From Octopus bimaculoides (lineage: Eukaryota): a DNA stretch of 64,000 nucleotides. The translations under genes and the position numbers were made by a program. Positions 62,374 to 64,000 of this stretch are shown piece by piece. The stretch spans positions 18,983,723-19,047,722 of the forward strand of contig NC_069000.1 of the NCBI RefSeq assembly GCF_001194135.2, written 5' to 3'. The notes under the pieces are model-generated. The model was given only the letters and a program-made list of their open reading frames with translations, had not been told where the DNA came from and did no database searches. How positions within the stretch are numbered: the first letter of the stretch is position 1; the number at the start of each line of letters is the position of its first letter.

Positions 62374-64000
62374 CATCTTAGAAAAGAGTTCTTGGAAGGG
62401 GAAGCCATAGTCAAATTTCTGCAGCCAGTTACCGGCATTGGTATTGTTGAAAAAGAACAAATCTCCTTTGACAGAATTAAAAGTATAAAGCATAAAACAA
62501 AATACATAAGGCTTTCGAAAATAGTTAAACTGATTACTATTCATACCATAATTAAGTTTTGTATGCCATATATTATTGAGGAATAGAAAAAAAACATATG
62601 ATGTAATCAACAAAAAACAATGCAAGTATATCATATCCATGTAAGTAGCAGACATGCCGGTTAGTTAATCATGATGAGCTAGTATAAGTAATTTATACAA
62701 ATATATTTCTTCTGAGTATGTGTGATAAGTCCAACAAGTAGGTCTCACAGTAACATATATTGCCAATTCTCATTTCATATTCAGCTTGAATTAGAATGAG
62801 TGAAACATTTTCACGCACAGCTATAGCTTGCTGTAGACTAGAAGCTAACTCTACTTCATAGCCAATCCGCCATTCTGTTATACTTAACTGTGCTAGCATG
62901 TCAATTGGTGTCTAAGAATAAGAAAGAGAATAAAGGAAGGAATAAACTTAGATAAACAGGAGTAGAAGGAGGAGGGAAATAGAGATAGTGTGTGTGTCTG
63001 TGTGTGCGCGCTTGCGTAGTTCTCGTCTGAATAGAAATTTAGAAAAGATACACTCAAGGAAAAATATTCAAGGATTTACTATCAACTTCAAGGGCCTACT
63101 TTAAAACAGAAGATAAATACTAGGAGCTTTAAATATTCACTGATGACTAAAAAACAAAAAATATTTTTGAAATTCGAAGTGATTGTTAACTACATTTTGC
63201 TGCTGGCTAAACGGTAAGCTATGTGCGTGTGTGCATGTGTGCGTGTGTGTATTCTTAAATGATGTAGTAAAAACGAAAAAACAATTAGAGGAATGTTAAC
63301 ATTATATGTTAAAATAATAAGTATACAAAATTTTTTTATCACATCTGCTACTACTGTCTAATTATGTAATTTCACATTTAAGATGGTGAGACTTTTTCAG
63401 CAAGATATTAAATAGGTCTTTTGGCATGTAAAACTACTGCAATCATTTCATTTACCTCCCAGGTCTTATATGCTAGTTAACTGTTTGAATGTGTATGCAT
63501 GCTAGGCAGCTTACAAAGAGGGTGATATCACTATAAACCATGAACATTTGATCTAAACGCCTAGCAGCTAGACAGCAGAGCTAAGCTAGTTGGTAGGCAG
63601 ACTACTGTGGAACAGTAGCTAATACTAGTTAGGAGCAACAAAGCTATCTTGATTCATCGAGATTTTACAGCTGATGTAATTTCATTGATGGCCTTATTCA
63701 TCGTCTGCTGCTTTATTCTGCTAATTTTGCTATACATTTTGTACATACACACACTTTATTCTTCCTTTCTTTCTCTCTCTCTCTCTCTCTATCTGTTTAT
63801 CCACCCATCTAAACCATCTATCTTAATTTCTTTTTAAAAAATCTTAACCAGAGCAGGTGTACAAAGGTAAAAAGAAAAGTGTTCGTGAAGGGATATGATC
63901 TAAGTAAAAGAGGAATGTATGATAAAGTGCTTTGTGATTTGTTAAATATTCTCTTTTATTCAACCATAACACTATGTGACAAGTTATTATTAAGATCAAA

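Noticed and set aside
62693-62911. Minus-strand ORF (TPIDMLAQLSITEWRIGYEVEL...) after a strong polypyrimidine acceptor
   Set aside because: No recognisable homology or linked coding exons, and it overlaps promoter-like motifs; cannot be supported as a CDS.
206-63837. ORF-track entries as host protein-coding genes
   Set aside because: All are short, many run through microsatellites, N-gaps or SINEs, and none matches a protein family I recognise other than transposon remnants.

Overview
AT-rich eukaryotic genomic DNA, most likely from an octopus or other coleoid cephalopod. That assignment is an inference from the tRNA-derived SINE families, RTE-type tails, dense microsatellites and five N-gaps. 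I cannot support any host protein-coding gene: the ORFs in the track are microsatellite or low-complexity artefacts or decayed transposon fragments. The main functional content is on the minus strand near the left end: a miR-100-type hairpin (mature 3678-3657) followed about 1.3 kb downstream by a canonical let-7 hairpin (mature 2316-2295). This is the 5' part of the ancient miR-100/let-7/miR-125 cluster; miR-125 is not in the window. The miR-100 carries three non-seed substitutions with a compensatory change in the star arm, and its basal stem abuts a consensus 5' splice site. Short minus-strand exon candidates and promoter-like blocks at about 40.2-40.8 kb and 57-63 kb suggest a long spliced non-coding host transcript analogous to MIR100HG. 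Candidate regulatory clusters include SMAD boxes and nuclear-receptor half-sites. The rest of the window is repeats: many SINEs (including two oppositely oriented tandem arrays), decayed HERO-like, CR1/L2, RTE and Penelope-like retroelements, a mariner, a DD37D/maT element and MITEs. Repeat boundaries are approximate, and family names and reference miRNA sequences come from recognition, not database searches.
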